From contig NZ_CP021983.2 in NCBI RefSeq assembly GCF_002075285.3, positions 3,810,001-3,842,000 on the forward strand: a stretch of DNA of 32,000 nucleotides, written 5' to 3'. Both the position numbers and the translations under genes were made by a program. The notes under the pieces were generated by a model, which saw only the letters and a list, made by a program, of their open reading frames with translations, made no database searches and had not been told where the DNA came from. Of this stretch, positions 8,987-16,656 are shown in pieces (the first letter of the stretch is position 1; each line of letters begins with the position of its first letter). This stretch comes from Halomicronema hongdechloris C2206. GTDB taxonomy: Bacteria; Cyanobacteriota; Cyanobacteriia; Phormidesmidales; Phormidesmidaceae.

Positions 8987-10800
8987 TAATCTGACAGCGG
9001 CAAGGGCTGAGCTGTCGCTGCCGATATATCCTGGGGCCGGGGCAAGCTGGGCGACCAGCGGTTGGCGATGGGCATGCGCCAGCCCATGCCAAAGGCCCGA
9101 TCGGTAATCTTCAGGACCGGCGGGGCCTGGCGGCGCTTAAATTCCGCCCGGGCCAGCAACCGCGTCACCTGCTCCACGGTGGCCGGATCATGGCCGGCGG
9201 CGACGATCTCTTGCAGGGATTCGTGGTGCTGCACCAACCGCTCTAGGATGTCATCTAGGATGTCGTAGGCAGGTAGGGAATCTTGGTCCTGTTGGTCGGG
9301 CTTGAGCTCGGCGCTGGGAGGCTTCGCCAAGACATTGGTCGGAATCGGGGCTTTGGCAAAGGGGAGCGTGGCGGAACTGGTGGCTGCAGAATTTTCAGTT
9401 GCCCTTTGATTCAGCCATCGACACAGGCTATAGACCTGGGTCTTGGGCACGTCGGCAATCACGGCCAGGCCACCGTTCATGTCGCCATAGAGGGTGCAGT
9501 AGCCCACGGCCATTTCGGACTTATTACCGGTGGATAACAGTAAATAGCCAAATTTATTGGCTACGGCCATGAGCAGGTTGCCGCGGATGCGAGACTGGAT
9601 ATTTTCTTCGGCCACCCCAAATTCGGTGCCGGCAAACAGTTCGGCCAGGGTCTGGCCATAGCCTGCCATGAGATTGCCAATGGGTAGGGTGGTGGTGTGA
9701 ATGCCCAGATTGTCGGCCAGGGCGTAGGCATCCTGGAGGGAGGTCTCGGAGCTGTAGGGCGACGGCATCAGTACTCCCAGCACATTGGCGGCCCCCAGGG
9801 CAGCGGTGGCGATGGTGGCTACCAGGGATGAATCGATGCCACCACTGAGACCGATCACCGCTCGAGAAAAGCCGCATTTGTGGGCATAGTCTCGTACTCC
9901 CAGGACCAGGGCGGCCCAAATTTCGGCGGTATGGTGGAGGGGCAAGGGGGCCACAGGGCCTGGCATGAAATCCCGTTGCTGCCGCTCGAACTCCACTAGG
10001 GTGAGATCGGGTTGGAAGCCGAGGGCGCGAACCATGACGTTCCCCTGACGGTTGAAGGCAACGCTGCTGCCATCGAAAATTAAATCGTCGTTGGCCCCGA
10101 TCTGATTGGCGTAGACGATGGGGCAGCGGAAGCGGGCGGCGCTGTGGCCCAGCATGGATTCCCGTAACTGCTGCTTGCCCACGGAATAGGGAGAGGCCGA
10201 TAGATTGACCACCAGGTCAACCCCCTGCTGGGCCAAGTCGGCGATGGGGTTGCGGGGATAGGTGCGTCCGCCCCAGAACTCTTCGTCGTTCCACAGATCT
10301 TCGCAGATGGTCACCCCCACCCGCACGGTGGCCTCTCCAGGAGGTGAGGGATTGTCCAGCGGCCAGTCGAAGTAGCTGGCCCCGCGTCCGGGGGAGAAAT
10401 AGCGGTCTTCGTCGAAGACATCATAGGTGGGCAGTAACTGTTTGTGAAAGACCTGATGCACCCGCCCCGACCACACTAAGGCAGTGCTGTTAAACAGAGG
10501 TTTTTCGCCGTGGTCGCGGGCATCGGGATTGGTGGTGGCGAAGCCGATCAGTACCCCCACTTGCGGGGGCAGTTGCTGAGCCAATTGGGTCAGGGTCTCG
10601 GCCATGGCGGTGATGAAGCTGGGGCGAAACAATAGATCTCGAGGCGGATAGCCACAGAGGGAGAGTTCTGGCGTTAATACCAGATCGGCGCCCTGGCTGG
10701 CGGCTTGCTGGGCGGCCTCGAGGATAGCCTGGGCATTGCCGCTGAGATCTCCGATGGTGGGGTTGAGCTGTGCGATCGCAAGTCTAAGGGTAGATTTCAT
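8986..10800 (-). CDS. nadE: Glutamine-dependent NAD+ synthetase
   Basis: The N-terminal nitrilase/CN-hydrolase domain shows LRLAIAQLNPTIGDL...LVLTPELSLCGYPPRDL...VGVTICEDLW. The C-terminal synthetase domain has the PP-loop VIGLSGGIDSS. I placed the start at ATG 10800 (MKSTLRLAIAQ) rather than the track's 10950. Confidence 0.9.
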   Translation of the reverse strand: MKSTLRLAIAQLNPTIGDLSGNAQAILEAAQQAASQGADLVLTPELSLCGYPPRDLLFRPSFITAMAETLTQLAQQLPPQVGVLIGFATTNPDARDHGEKPLFNSTALVWSGRVHQVFHKQLLPTYDVFDEDRYFSPGRGASYFDWPLDNPSPPGEATVRVGVTICEDLWNDEEFWGGRTYPRNPIADLAQQGVDLVVNLSASPYSVGKQQLRESMLGHSAARFRCPIVYANQIGANDDLIFDGSSVAFNRQGNVMVRALGFQPDLTLVEFERQQRDFMPGPVAPLPLHHTAEIWAALVLGVRDYAHKCGFSRAVIGLSGGIDSSLVATIATAALGAANVLGVLMPSPYSSETSLQDAYALADNLGIHTTTLPIGNLMAGYGQTLAELFAGTEFGVAEENIQSRIRGNLLMAVANKFGYLLLSTGNKSEMAVGYCTLYGDMNGGLAVIADVPKTQVYSLCRWLNQRATENSAATSSATLPFAKAPIPTNVLAKPPSAELKPDQQDQDSLPAYDILDDILERLVQHHESLQEIVAAGHDPATVEQVTRLLARAEFKRRQAPPVLKITDRAFGMGWRMPIANRWSPSLPRPQDISAATAQPLPLSD

Positions 10801-10864
10801 ATTATTTTCTACAGAAAGATAATAAAAATTAATTGACCTCGTAACTAATACTCTAGAGGTGGTC

Positions 10865-11860
10865 CTAGAGATGACGTTGGATATCGTTGGGATAAGGTGT
10901 CGTCTGCCGCTTCTGTTCGGCCAGGGAATTGCGCTCCCAAAAGACGCCATCAGAGTAACCCTGAATGCTGGCCTCCCTATCTGCCAGGGCCAGTCTTTTC
11001 TCGGCCAGGCAACAGTAGTCTAGCTCCACTTCAATGCCCAGAAATCGCCGACCCAACTTTTTCGACACCACTGACGTAGTTCCACTGCCCAAGAATGGAT
11101 CGAACACGAAATCCTCCGGCTTAGAGCTGGCCAGGAGCAATTTTGCCATTAATTTTTCTGGCTTCTGAGTAGGGTGGTCGGTATTTTCTGGCATAGACCA
11201 AAACGGCACCGTAATGTCTGTCCAAATGTTAGATGGGTGAGTCAAGCGATACTTTTTTGGCCCGTGGTCTTCCCAATCCTTGGGCTGGCCATCTTTATGT
11301 CGATAGGGCGCTATGACCCGTCGCTTCAATTTGACGGCGTCGACAGCAAAGTAATAGTCATCAGAGACGGTACAAAACCAGATATCTTCACAGGAGTTTT
11401 TCCAGTTACGCTTGGCGCCGCGACCTTTTTCCCGTTCCCAGGTAATGCGATTTCTAACTCGAAAATGCTTCTTTAGAACTGGATAGGCGGCCGCCGATGT
11501 AAGCCAGTCAGCACAGAAATAAATCGACGCCTCCTCCTTAAGCACTCCTTTCAACTGTGATATCCAACCCTCTAGCCAATCAGCATAGGCGGCATCATCC
11601 ATGTGCTTAAATGATTTGCTATGAAATCGTTTGTTGAGGTTATAGGGCGGGTCCAGAATCATCAAATCCACAAAGCCTTTAGGCAAATATTGCAGTGCAT
11701 CCAATAGGTCCTGGCAAATGGTTTTGTTGGCAAGGTCATCCACTGCCAACGGACGATGCAGGGTGAGCACCTTTTTGGCTAAGTCATCATGCTCGCTGGC
11801 CCTCAAAGTTAAGGTTCGATTCTGCGGCGCTCGCTCCTTGTTGATCTCGGGGTTGCCCAT
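10865..11860 (-). CDS. Solitary beta-class DNA methyltransferase (N6-adenine or N4-cytosine)
   Basis: Motif IV ILDPPYNL comes before motif I FDPFLGSGTTSVV (the beta permutation), and HPTQKPEKLM is also present. The gene contains no HIP1 site, and I counted 47-50% GC in three 60-nt blocks. No nuclease-like ORF is adjacent. Confidence 0.85.
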   Translation of the reverse strand: MGNPEINKERAPQNRTLTLRASEHDDLAKKVLTLHRPLAVDDLANKTICQDLLDALQYLPKGFVDLMILDPPYNLNKRFHSKSFKHMDDAAYADWLEGWISQLKGVLKEEASIYFCADWLTSAAAYPVLKKHFRVRNRITWEREKGRGAKRNWKNSCEDIWFCTVSDDYYFAVDAVKLKRRVIAPYRHKDGQPKDWEDHGPKKYRLTHPSNIWTDITVPFWSMPENTDHPTQKPEKLMAKLLLASSKPEDFVFDPFLGSGTTSVVSKKLGRRFLGIEVELDYCCLAEKRLALADREASIQGYSDGVFWERNSLAEQKRQTTPYPNDIQRHL

Positions 11861-11876
11861 TGTCGCTCACTCTCAA

Positions 11877-12623
11877 CTAGATAAAAACCATGGGTTTATC
11901 TTTGCAAGGTTCGAAGGCGTCAGCGTCAAAGCAATAGAGGCTGGCAGGGCGGCCGGCACCACGAGATGTCTTCTGGCCGGTATCCCGCAAAAAGCCCAGC
12001 TTTAGTAGCCGGGCTCGAAAGTTAGAATAATCCGCAAAGTCGGGGCCTAACACCGTCCCATAGAGTTGGTAGAGATCCCCCAGGGTGAAGGTCTGGGGCA
12101 ACACCTCGAAGGCAATGGGACTGTACTCCAACTTGTTGCGCAGCCGCTGATAGCCGTAGTCGAGAATGCTGTTGTGATCGAAGGCCAGGGTCGGCACCTG
12201 GCTGAGGGGATACCAAGCTATGCCACTGACCCCGTCGGCAATCAGTTCGGCTTCGGCAAAGCGCACCAGGGCAAAATGACTTACCGACAAATAGCGCACC
12301 CCAAAGGAATTCTCGGCTTCTCGAGGGTCTCGGTTCGGCCCCCCAAAGGTATAGAGCTGCTCTAAATATAGATTCTCGACGCGGATTTTTTCTGAAAGCA
12401 CCCGGTAGGCGGCATCCTCCAAAGATTCACCATGGCGGACCAGGGTCCCCGGTAGACTCCAATACCCCAAAAACGGATCATCGTGACGCATGACCAGCAA
12501 CACCAGTAGACGATTTTGCTCCGTGTCTACGGAGAAAATGACATTGTCGACCCCCACCTTAAAGTCGGCCAGGTCCCCCCCTGCTAAGGAGTCGATAGCT
12601 TTTCTCTGGAGTCTTCCGGGCAT
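11877..12623 (-). CDS. nrtR: NrtR-type Nudix-related transcriptional regulator of NAD metabolism
   Basis: The N-terminal Nudix fold has a degenerate Nudix box: GESLEDAAYRVLSEKIRV against consensus GX5EX7REUXEEXGU, so the REx Glu, the second Glu and the Gly are all lost. The C-terminal winged helix ends ...GRPASLYCFD. The gene is embedded in a pncB-nadD-nadE cluster. ATG 12623 overlaps the nadD 3' end by 40 nt; a GTG at 12557 is an alternative start. Confidence 0.7.
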   Translation of the reverse strand: MPGRLQRKAIDSLAGGDLADFKVGVDNVIFSVDTEQNRLLVLLVMRHDDPFLGYWSLPGTLVRHGESLEDAAYRVLSEKIRVENLYLEQLYTFGGPNRDPREAENSFGVRYLSVSHFALVRFAEAELIADGVSGIAWYPLSQVPTLAFDHNSILDYGYQRLRNKLEYSPIAFEVLPQTFTLGDLYQLYGTVLGPDFADYSNFRARLLKLGFLRDTGQKTSRGAGRPASLYCFDADAFEPCKDKPMVFI

Positions 12624-13186
12624 GGATAGAGGTTGTTCTGGTCGATGTAAGCTTGAACCACTGGGGGCAAGACGTCACGGTCGTCGGCTTGCCGATACTG
12701 ACTCGAGGACATGTCGAATCGGTGGGGCATAGTAGCCAGAGAGATATGGGCTCCCTGTTGCCGCAGTTCTATCAAATCATCCTGCGATAGCCGATAGCCA
12801 GGGCGGGGCACTACCAGGATATGGGCCTGAGCAAAAATCTCCTGGGCGCGGTACCAGCGCGGTAATTGGGAGACCAAATCGGCCCCAATCACCAGGGTAA
12901 AGTCCGCCTCTGGCCACTTCTGGCGGGCCCGTTCCAGGGTAACGATGGTGCGGGAATGGCCTAGATCGGGGTAGAGGCTAATCCGACCAGCAGGGACTTC
13001 AATCTGATCGATGATCAGTTGCAGCATGGTAAAGCGATCGGCCAGGGAGGTCTGATGCCGCTTGAAGGGATTGTTGGCCGCCCAGACCACCACGTGGTCA
13101 AATTCGGTGGCTAACCAACTGAGGATGGCTAAATGCCCCTGATGGGGGGGATCGGCACTGGTACCAAAGAGGGCGATGCTAACCAT
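12584..13186 (-). CDS. nadD: Nicotinate-nucleotide adenylyltransferase
   Basis: MVSIALFGTSADPPHQGHLAIL carries the (H/T)xGH motif, and a cytidylyltransferase fold follows. ATG 13186 lies 7 nt after the pncB stop. The track's longer N-terminus (to 13339) overlaps pncB and is Pro/Arg-rich junk. Confidence 0.85.
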   Translation of the reverse strand: MVSIALFGTSADPPHQGHLAILSWLATEFDHVVVWAANNPFKRHQTSLADRFTMLQLIIDQIEVPAGRISLYPDLGHSRTIVTLERARQKWPEADFTLVIGADLVSQLPRWYRAQEIFAQAHILVVPRPGYRLSQDDLIELRQQGAHISLATMPHRFDMSSSQYRQADDRDVLPPVVQAYIDQNNLYPCPEDSREKLSTP

Positions 13187-13193
13187 GGCGACG

Positions 13194-14558
13194 TTATGTG
13201 TTAACAGAGGTCTGACGACGGGTCTCGGCGGTGAGGGCTTGCAGGGCCGATGAAATGGTGACCGGGAACGCCTTGGGGGTATCAATCTGCCGAATGGAGG
13301 CTGGTAGACTGGCCACTGACTCAGCCGTGCGCTCGGCAATGGTGATCAAGGGAGCGCTAGGTATGGTGATCTGTCCTTGCTTCATCACCGGCTGCAGTAG
13401 GGGCTGTTCCTGGGGACCAGCGGTATCTGTTATCAACCCCAGGCGATCTCCTTGGCTTTGACTGCCCTGCTGGTACCGAAAGATCTGCTTGCGGCCAGGA
13501 TAGGTAACTTTGTGACTAGATTCTTTCATCACTGGGATACCGTCGAGTTCCACCAGTTTATAGACCCCATTGACCGGAGTGCCAGTCACCAACCGAGTGC
13601 CGATGCCATAGCCATCAATGGTGGCGCCCTGGGCAATTAACCGCTGGATTTCCCACTCGTCCAGGTCGCCACTGGCAAAGATGGTGGTGTCGGGTAGGTG
13701 CGATCGCACCTGCTGCGACAGACTCGCCAACTCCCCAGAATCGAGGCGTACCCCGGCCACGGTCATCTTGTCCTGGCGCACCCAGTCAGCCAGACGCCGG
13801 GCCGCCGCCACCGTATCATAGGTGTCGATCAACAGCGCCGCCCCTGGGAAATAGCGGTGAAACGCCTGGAAAGCTTCGTCTTCACTGCCAGTGGTCGCCG
13901 TTATCGCCATCACCAGGGCATGGGCCATAGTCCCTGCCGGTTGTCGCCCCAGCTGTAAGGCAGCCAGCACATTAGACGTGGCATTTAACCCTGCCGCCAA
14001 CGCTGCCCGAGCCGCCCACACAGCTCCTTGGGGACTAAAGGCCCGACGACTGCCAAACTCCAATAACTTGGCCTCGGGCCCAGCTACATCCCGTAAACGA
14101 GCCGCTCGGGTGGCAATCAAGGTCTGGTAGTTGAGGGTATTGAGCAGATAGGTTTCCACCAATTGAGCTTGCCACAGGGGAGCCTCCACCCGCAGCAGGG
14201 GTTCATTGGCAAAGACTGCTGTTCCCTCCGGTACTGCCCAGACATCGCCAGTAAACGTGGCTTGCCGTAGCAACTGCCAAAACCGAGGCGGCGCCTGCTC
14301 AAACAAACCACAGGCCTGCAATTGCTGCACCTGCCCCTCGGTAAACTGCAAATGACTCAAGTAATCCAGAGCTGGGGCCAAGCCCATGGCAATCAAATAC
14401 CCATAGTTAGGCGGCAGCCGCCGCACAAATAACTCAAAACTGGCGGGCCGCTCGGCCAACCCCTCCCCGGCATAGCAAGCAGCCATGGTCAGCTCATAGA
14501 GATCCGTGAGTAGGCTGTAGTCCTCACGGCCAATAGTCAAGGCCGGATCATCCGTCAT
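13194..14558 (-). CDS. pncB: Nicotinate phosphoribosyltransferase
   Basis: ~454 aa with the NAPRTase-family pattern (LTDLYELTMA...FGSRRA...GTMAHA...IRLDSGD-like VRLDSGE...GIGT). I prefer the ATG at 14558, because the track start at 14579 is a TTG. Confidence 0.85.
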   Translation of the reverse strand: MTDDPALTIGREDYSLLTDLYELTMAACYAGEGLAERPASFELFVRRLPPNYGYLIAMGLAPALDYLSHLQFTEGQVQQLQACGLFEQAPPRFWQLLRQATFTGDVWAVPEGTAVFANEPLLRVEAPLWQAQLVETYLLNTLNYQTLIATRAARLRDVAGPEAKLLEFGSRRAFSPQGAVWAARAALAAGLNATSNVLAALQLGRQPAGTMAHALVMAITATTGSEDEAFQAFHRYFPGAALLIDTYDTVAAARRLADWVRQDKMTVAGVRLDSGELASLSQQVRSHLPDTTIFASGDLDEWEIQRLIAQGATIDGYGIGTRLVTGTPVNGVYKLVELDGIPVMKESSHKVTYPGRKQIFRYQQGSQSQGDRLGLITDTAGPQEQPLLQPVMKQGQITIPSAPLITIAERTAESVASLPASIRQIDTPKAFPVTISSALQALTAETRRQTSVNT

Positions 14559-14582
14559 GGCAGATAGGCTGAGTAGCAATTA

Positions 14583-14597
14583 TGGTTATTTTAACCA
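14583..14597 (-). promoter_or_regulatory. Candidate NrtR operator overlapping -10-like hexamers of the pncB operon promoter
   Basis: Perfect palindrome TGGTTA-TTT-TAACCA with a GT-N7-AC core, located 25-39 nt upstream of ATG 14558. On the minus strand it reads GGTTAAAATAACCATAAT, which contains TAAAAT (14588-14593) and CATAAT (14579-14584). Confidence 0.45.
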
Positions 14598-14822
14598 AAA
14601 CAAACAGGAGTTGCCTAGGAGGACGAACGAAGAGGGGGAGGCGAGTCGGTGGGTGGAGGACGAGTGACGAGTGACGAGGTGATGGGGTGATGGGGGAAAG
14701 GGAAAACGGAGGACGGCTTGCCCTGTTCGCGAAGCGGCTCCGTAGGAGCAACGTAGTCGAAGGGAGAGCAGAGGACGATGGGGAGGACAGAGGACGGAGG
14801 GCGGAGAGCAGAAAAGGGGACA

Positions 14823-14869
14823 GGGAATAGGGAATAGGGAATAGGGAATAGGGAATAGGGAATAGGGAA
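14823..14869 (+). repeat. Heptanucleotide tandem repeat (GGGAATA)x6 plus a partial copy (STRR-like)
   Basis: Exact units start at 14823, 14830, 14837, 14844, 14851 and 14858, followed by GGGAAG at 14865. A degenerate GGGGACA precedes them at 14816. Confidence 0.95.
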
Positions 14870-14892
14870 GGACAAGCTCCTCGCCACTCTAC

Positions 14893-15005
14893 CGATGCGA
14901 CGCGATCTAGCGCCACTGACCGAACAGCCCTTCCACGGGGTCCAGGGCGGTGGTTCGCCCTGGTCGTAGGGGTCCGGGGGAAGCGAAATTCCCCCGGCGA
15001 GCACC
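14893..15005. repeat. Structured repeat, unit A of a direct tandem pair
   Basis: The unit starts with CGATGCGACGCGAT. Hairpin 1 is CCAGGGCG (14942-14949)/CGCCCTGG (14956-14963). Hairpin 2 is CCGGGGGAA (14974-14982)/TTCCCCCGG (14989-14997) with loop GCGAAA. Confidence 0.8.
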
Positions 15006-15054
15006 CCGAGCTACACGATTAAGTGCGGTCCTATCGAGGTTTATCACGCCTTGT

Positions 15055-15190
15055 CGATGCGACGCGATTGATGACGGCTGATCAACAGGTCCTTCCGCAG
15101 GTCCAGGGCAGCAGTTCGGCAAGCTCACCACAAGCGGTTTGCCCTGGTCGTAGGGGTCCGGGGGAAGCGAAATTCCCCGGGCAAGCACTC
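15055..15190. repeat. Structured repeat, unit B of a direct tandem pair
   Basis: The unit has the same 14-nt leader (15055-15068). Hairpin 1 is CCAGGGCA (15103-15110)/TGCCCTGG (15140-15147) with a 29-nt loop. Hairpin 2 is CCGGGGGAA (15158-15166)/TTCCCCGG (15173-15180). Confidence 0.8.
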
Positions 15191-15251
15191 CACTAAAAAC
15201 CGCGACTGTCCCAAAATGGCTCTCTTCTATTTTGGTGAGATACTACTAAAT

Positions 15252-16520
15252 TCACTCGTCTGTGGCCGACTCCTTAGTGGGCCAGGGAATCTCAGCAGTC
15301 GCAGCCAGCTGTCGGCTCAGGGCGGCGGCCCCAAACTGGTTGAGATGACTGGGATCGGCGAAGAAGCCGTCTTGCTGACGCCACTGTAGTAGCCAATCTA
15401 AAACTTGGAAATTGCCTCGCTGGGCCTCCGTTTGCAAATAGTTCTGGAATTGCCGTTCGTACCCTAGGCGGACCGGGTCCAGGTAGTCATCACTGAGGGG
15501 CAGATTCACTATGACCAAGGGAATCTGTTGAGATTGAGCCCAAGCTGCGATCGCATGTAATGACTGGGTCTGCACCCCCTGCAGGCGAAACGGCTGATAG
15601 GCCGAGTCATACTCCCCCGGAACCCGGGAAAATTGCCGGTAGTATTGGCCCGGGTTAAAGCGCTCATCCTGCGCCAAAAACCCATAGGCATCGATCTCAC
15701 TCACCGGCATCGCCACAGCCTTCGTCTCAGCCGACTGTTCTAAGCTAGGTCGCTCCCCCGACTGCAAGGCTTGGTAACCAGGTGACCGCAGCACCGCTGC
15801 AAAGGTGCGATCAACCCGACCACTGTTGAACGACCGCGACCCTACCCCCCATAGCAAGATCTGGGGTAACTGGTCCGGCGTCAGCACTTGCCGCAGCAGA
15901 AAACTCATCAGCTGGGCCGTGGCGCCATTGATGCCGAAGTTAAAGACCGTCAGCCCCTCCTGGGCTAGGGCCGCCTGTAGCACCTGAGGGTCAATGCCCT
16001 GCAAGGCCCGGGAGCTACCAATGACCATGACATCAGGCACCCCGACTGTGGCCACATAGGACAGATACAGGCCAATCTTTTCATCCAACACGGCACTGCC
16101 CAAGCTCGGAAACACCCGGGGAACACTGGCCCGTTCTGCCTGCCGCTGAGCTACCTGACCATAGGCTAAATACTGCCGTAGTTTGCGCTGCACAAACACT
16201 CGCTGGGGCGCTTGCGGTGGCACCGCCTGTAGCGATTGACTCGCCTGCAGCCACTGCTGGGTCACCTGGTCCCAGTCGGCGGCAGATTCAGCAGTCTCCG
16301 CCAAATCAGCTGCTGCCGTGGCCTGGCGAATAGCCATAGATACCAGCTGCTCAGGGGACTCCCTAGGGGTTGCATCAGTCACCGCCTCAGTGGCTGCATC
16401 AGGGGCATTGGGCAGCTCCCCCGGCGATTGATCAGCTGGCAGAGGATTACCCCGCAGCCAACACCCCACCAACCAGAGGCTCATTGCCATGACTAACCAG
16501 AGATGTCGTCGCCGCCTCAT
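15252..16520 (-). CDS. Putative lipoprotein of unknown function (possibly an SGNH/DUF1574-like fold)
   Basis: 422 aa. The signal peptide has a lipobox (MRRRRHLWLVMAMSLWLVGC). It is followed by a Pro/Ala/Glu-rich linker and then a conserved-looking domain (VMVIGSSRALQGIDP...FNFGINGAT...LWGVGSRSF). The fold guess is weak. Confidence 0.55.
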   Translation of the reverse strand: MRRRRHLWLVMAMSLWLVGCWLRGNPLPADQSPGELPNAPDAATEAVTDATPRESPEQLVSMAIRQATAAADLAETAESAADWDQVTQQWLQASQSLQAVPPQAPQRVFVQRKLRQYLAYGQVAQRQAERASVPRVFPSLGSAVLDEKIGLYLSYVATVGVPDVMVIGSSRALQGIDPQVLQAALAQEGLTVFNFGINGATAQLMSFLLRQVLTPDQLPQILLWGVGSRSFNSGRVDRTFAAVLRSPGYQALQSGERPSLEQSAETKAVAMPVSEIDAYGFLAQDERFNPGQYYRQFSRVPGEYDSAYQPFRLQGVQTQSLHAIAAWAQSQQIPLVIVNLPLSDDYLDPVRLGYERQFQNYLQTEAQRGNFQVLDWLLQWRQQDGFFADPSHLNQFGAAALSRQLAATAEIPWPTKESATDE

Positions 16521-16656
16521 GCAGACTCCTCAACATCGATTCCCTTTGATCTCTATTTAAACGGAGCCAAGGTCAACCATAGCGATTTGATGGCAGGGAA
16601 GCGCCCGATTTGGAACTGGAACTGGATAGCGTCCTGCTTACGTCTGCCTTGGCGGA

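Noticed and set aside
10841-10851. Second GT-N7-AC match (GTAACTAATAC) upstream of nadE, considered as another NrtR operator
   Set aside because: Only the GT/AC dinucleotides match. The flanks and the N7 spacer are not palindromic, and a bare GT-N7-AC occurs by chance about once per 256 nt.
11813-11822. tRNA-like T-loop sequence GGTTCGATTC
   Set aside because: It lies inside the methyltransferase coding sequence. I could not build an acceptor, D-arm or anticodon-arm cloverleaf around it.
10865-12623. Restriction-modification system around the methyltransferase
   Set aside because: The flanking ORFs are clearly nadE and an NrtR-type regulator. No endonuclease-like or specificity-subunit ORF is present on either strand, so I treat the enzyme as solitary.
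14816-14870. Possible CRISPR array
   Set aside because: The units are 7 bp, strictly contiguous and have no spacers. This is a microsatellite-type STRR repeat, not a CRISPR array. The two larger repeats at 14893-15190 number only two copies and exceed 110 bp each.
14548-15188. Three overlapping minus-strand ORFs (14548-14916, 14615-15004, 14907-15188) encode low-complexity Pro/Ser-rich peptides. Two of them share the N-terminus ML(A/R)GGISLPPDPYDQG.
   Set aside because: They are read through the heptamer array, the pyrimidine-rich complement of the purine tract, and the two structured repeats. The shared N-terminus only reflects the DNA repeat. Both ORFs start at GTG, and a 23-nt indel between the copies destroys any common frame after about 17 codons.
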